This document shows, in pieces, positions 62,171 to 64,000 of a stretch of 64,000 nucleotides of DNA (position 1 is its first letter; every line of letters begins with the position of its first letter). The DNA is from Vulcanimicrobiota bacterium (lineage in GTDB: Bacteria; Vulcanimicrobiota; Vulcanimicrobiia; Eremiobacterales; Eremiobacteraceae). The DNA is taken from assembly GCA_963805945.1 (NCBI GenBank), contig CAWDVP010000005.1, forward strand, positions 1-64,000. Reading direction: 5' to 3'. The notes below the pieces were generated by a model. It was given only the letters and a program-made list of their open reading frames with translations, searched no databases and was not told where the DNA came from. The position numbers and the translations under genes were made by a program.

Positions 62171-63554
62171 GGGGATGCCATTCGTGCTCGAGCCGCTCGC
62201 TCAGCTCCTCGGCCGGATACGTCATGATCTCGGCAAGCGTCGGATGGAGATGCGGCATCGCCAAGACGTCGCAGACGTTGGCCTTGAAATACAGCAGCAC
62301 GATCGCCTCGTGGATGAGGTCCGACGCCTCGGCGCCGACGATGCCCACGCCGAGGATCGTGCCATCGGGCGACGCGATCATCTTGACGTGGCCGGCCGTG
62401 AGGTCGGCCGCGATCGCCTTGCCGTGGTCGTCGAACGGATAGCGCGCCACGGCGTGCTCGATCCCGCGCTCGACGCACTCGCGCTCGCTCAGCCCCGCGA
62501 TCGCGACCTGCGGGTCGGTGAACACCGCCCGTGCGCCTTGCAGCTCGTAGTGCGCCGCTTCCATGGTCTTGGCGAATGCGTTGCGCGCCGCGAGCTGGCC
62601 CTCGTACACCGCCACGTGGACGAGCTCTTCTTTTCCGGTGACGTCGCCCGCGGCGAAGATGGCCTGGTTCGCGGTCTGCAAGTATGCGTCGACCTGCACG
62701 CCCTGCGGGCTGAACTCTATCCCCGCGGCCTCGAACCCGAAGCCGTCCACATTCGGGCGCCGGCCCAGCGCCAGGAATATCTCGTCGGCCTCCCATTCCA
62801 CCGTCGCGCCGCCGCGCCGCGCGATGACCCGCTTCTTCGTACCCTTGCGGGCGACGCTTGTGACCACCGCGCCGGTCATCACCTCGATGCCGTCCGCGAC
62901 AAGCGCTTTGCCGAGGGCTTCGCCGAGATCGGCGTCCTCGTGCGACAGCAGCGTGTTGCTGCGCTGCACGATCGTGACGCGGCTGCCCATGCGGTACAGA
63001 TACTGCGCCAGTTCGCAGGCGACCGGCCCGCCGCCCAGGGTGATGATCTCGGCGGGCAGGCGCTCCATCTCCAACACGTCGTCGCTGGTGATGAAGCCGG
63101 TCTCGCGCAGCCCGGGGATCTCCGGCACGTTGATGATGGAGCCGGTGGAGATGAGGAACTTCTCGGCATTGATGACGTCATCCCCGACCGCGATCGCGCG
63201 CGGCCCGACGAAGCGCGGCGCGCCGCGGAAGACGGGGAACGTGTCGATGCCCTGCACGCGGAAGTCCGCGAAATCCTTGATGATGCGCCGCTTGCGCTCG
63301 ATCACCGCCTTGACGTCCGGCCGCACGCCGGCGACCATGACGCCGACGTTGGGGCCGCGCTGCGCGAGGTGCGCGATCTCGGCGGAACGCAGCACCGTCT
63401 TGGACGGCATGCAGCCGCGCAGGATGCACAGCCCGCCGAGCGGCTCGGTCCCGTCGACGAACGCGACGCTCTTGCCCAGGCCGCGCGCCGTCGTCGCCGC
63501 GGCGAAGCCCGCACTGCCGGCGCCGAACACGCAGAACTCGAAGGTGTGCTCCAT
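62157..63554 (-). CDS. Pyridine nucleotide-disulfide oxidoreductase (dihydrolipoamide dehydrogenase-like)
   Basis: GAGSAG, GGLCILRGCMPSK, GGGPVACE, AAGD, HPTLAE. Confidence 0.9.
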   Translation of the reverse strand: MEHTFEFCVFGAGSAGFAAATTARGLGKSVAFVDGTEPLGGLCILRGCMPSKTVLRSAEIAHLAQRGPNVGVMVAGVRPDVKAVIERKRRIIKDFADFRVQGIDTFPVFRGAPRFVGPRAIAVGDDVINAEKFLISTGSIINVPEIPGLRETGFITSDDVLEMERLPAEIITLGGGPVACELAQYLYRMGSRVTIVQRSNTLLSHEDADLGEALGKALVADGIEVMTGAVVTSVARKGTKKRVIARRGGATVEWEADEIFLALGRRPNVDGFGFEAAGIEFSPQGVQVDAYLQTANQAIFAAGDVTGKEELVHVAVYEGQLAARNAFAKTMEAAHYELQGARAVFTDPQVAIAGLSERECVERGIEHAVARYPFDDHGKAIAADLTAGHVKMIASPDGTILGVGIVGAEASDLIHEAIVLLYFKANVCDVLAMPHLHPTLAEIMTYPAEELSERLEHEWHPLVRP

Positions 63555-63630
63555 GAGCGCCTCTTACTCGGCGCCCGCGCCCGCGCCTCTCGGACAGGCA
63601 TAGCAGCGGTTCCCGGGCAACGAGACGCGC

Positions 63631-64000
63631 ATGAAGCTCATACGTTTCGCAGTCGACGGACGCGAATTCTCAGGCGCGCTTGAAGGCGATATGGCGACGG
63701 CGGACGGCATTTCGCGCCCGCTCGCTTCGGTCACGCTGCTCGCCCCCTGCACGCCGTCGAAGATCATCGGCGTCGGCCGCAATTACGCGGACCACGCGGC
63801 CGAACTCGGTAACGAGCTGCCCAAGGAGCCATTGCTGTTCTTGAAGGCGCCGTCGTCGCTGAACTCGCAGCACGGGGATATCAAGTATCCGATCCAGAGC
63901 AAGCGCGTGGATTACGAGGGCGAACTGGCGGTGGTGATCGGAAAGCGCTGCCGCGACGTCCTGAAAGCCCGCGCGGCGGACGTGATCCTCGGCTACACCA
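63631..64000 (+). CDS. Fumarylacetoacetate hydrolase family protein (truncated by edge)
   Basis: Manual translation MKLIRF...[19 protein letters not shown]...PLLFLKAPS...[13 protein letters not shown]. Confidence 0.92.
   Translation, partial: MKLIRFAVDGREFSGALEGDMATADGISRPLASVTLLAPCTPSKIIGVGRNYADHAAELGNELPKEPLLFLKAPSSLNSQHGDIKYPIQSKRVDYEGELAVVIGKRCRDVLKARAADVILGYT

Noticed and set aside
62157..63554. Mercuric reductase MerA
   Set aside because: Lacks the C-terminal Cys-Cys pair and NmerA domain; retains HPTLAE; no mer genes nearby

Overview
High-GC bacterial chromosomal window. The many signal-peptide and lipoprotein genes with Pro-Thr linkers suggest a soil lineage such as Eremiobacterota, but this is inference only. 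The left end carries a compact class I (ATP-dependent, Thauera-type) benzoyl-CoA reductase operon (tetR-dch-oah-had-bcrC-bcrB-activase, running off the edge). Nearby are lower beta-oxidation genes, a higBA toxin-antitoxin pair and a peptide ABC binding protein. The leu cluster is unusual: leuC is separated from an in-frame leuD-leuB fusion by an A/T-richer insert encoding a Cys/His peptidoglycan-amidase-like lipoprotein. Further right are a tandem array of S8/S53 lipoprotein proteases, cinA, a split NAD synthetase, and a B12-dependent ribonucleotide reductase (nrdJ) with a 179-aa mini-intein, NrdR boxes, promoter and terminator. Many orphan secreted proteins share shuffled domains, one small secreted protein is built from 17-aa repeats, and a family of GTAG-type REP-like hairpins with covarying stems is present. 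About 11 single-base frameshifts, probably assembly indel errors, break several genes and create false fusion ORFs. No rRNA, tRNA, CRISPR array, integrase or transposase was recognised.
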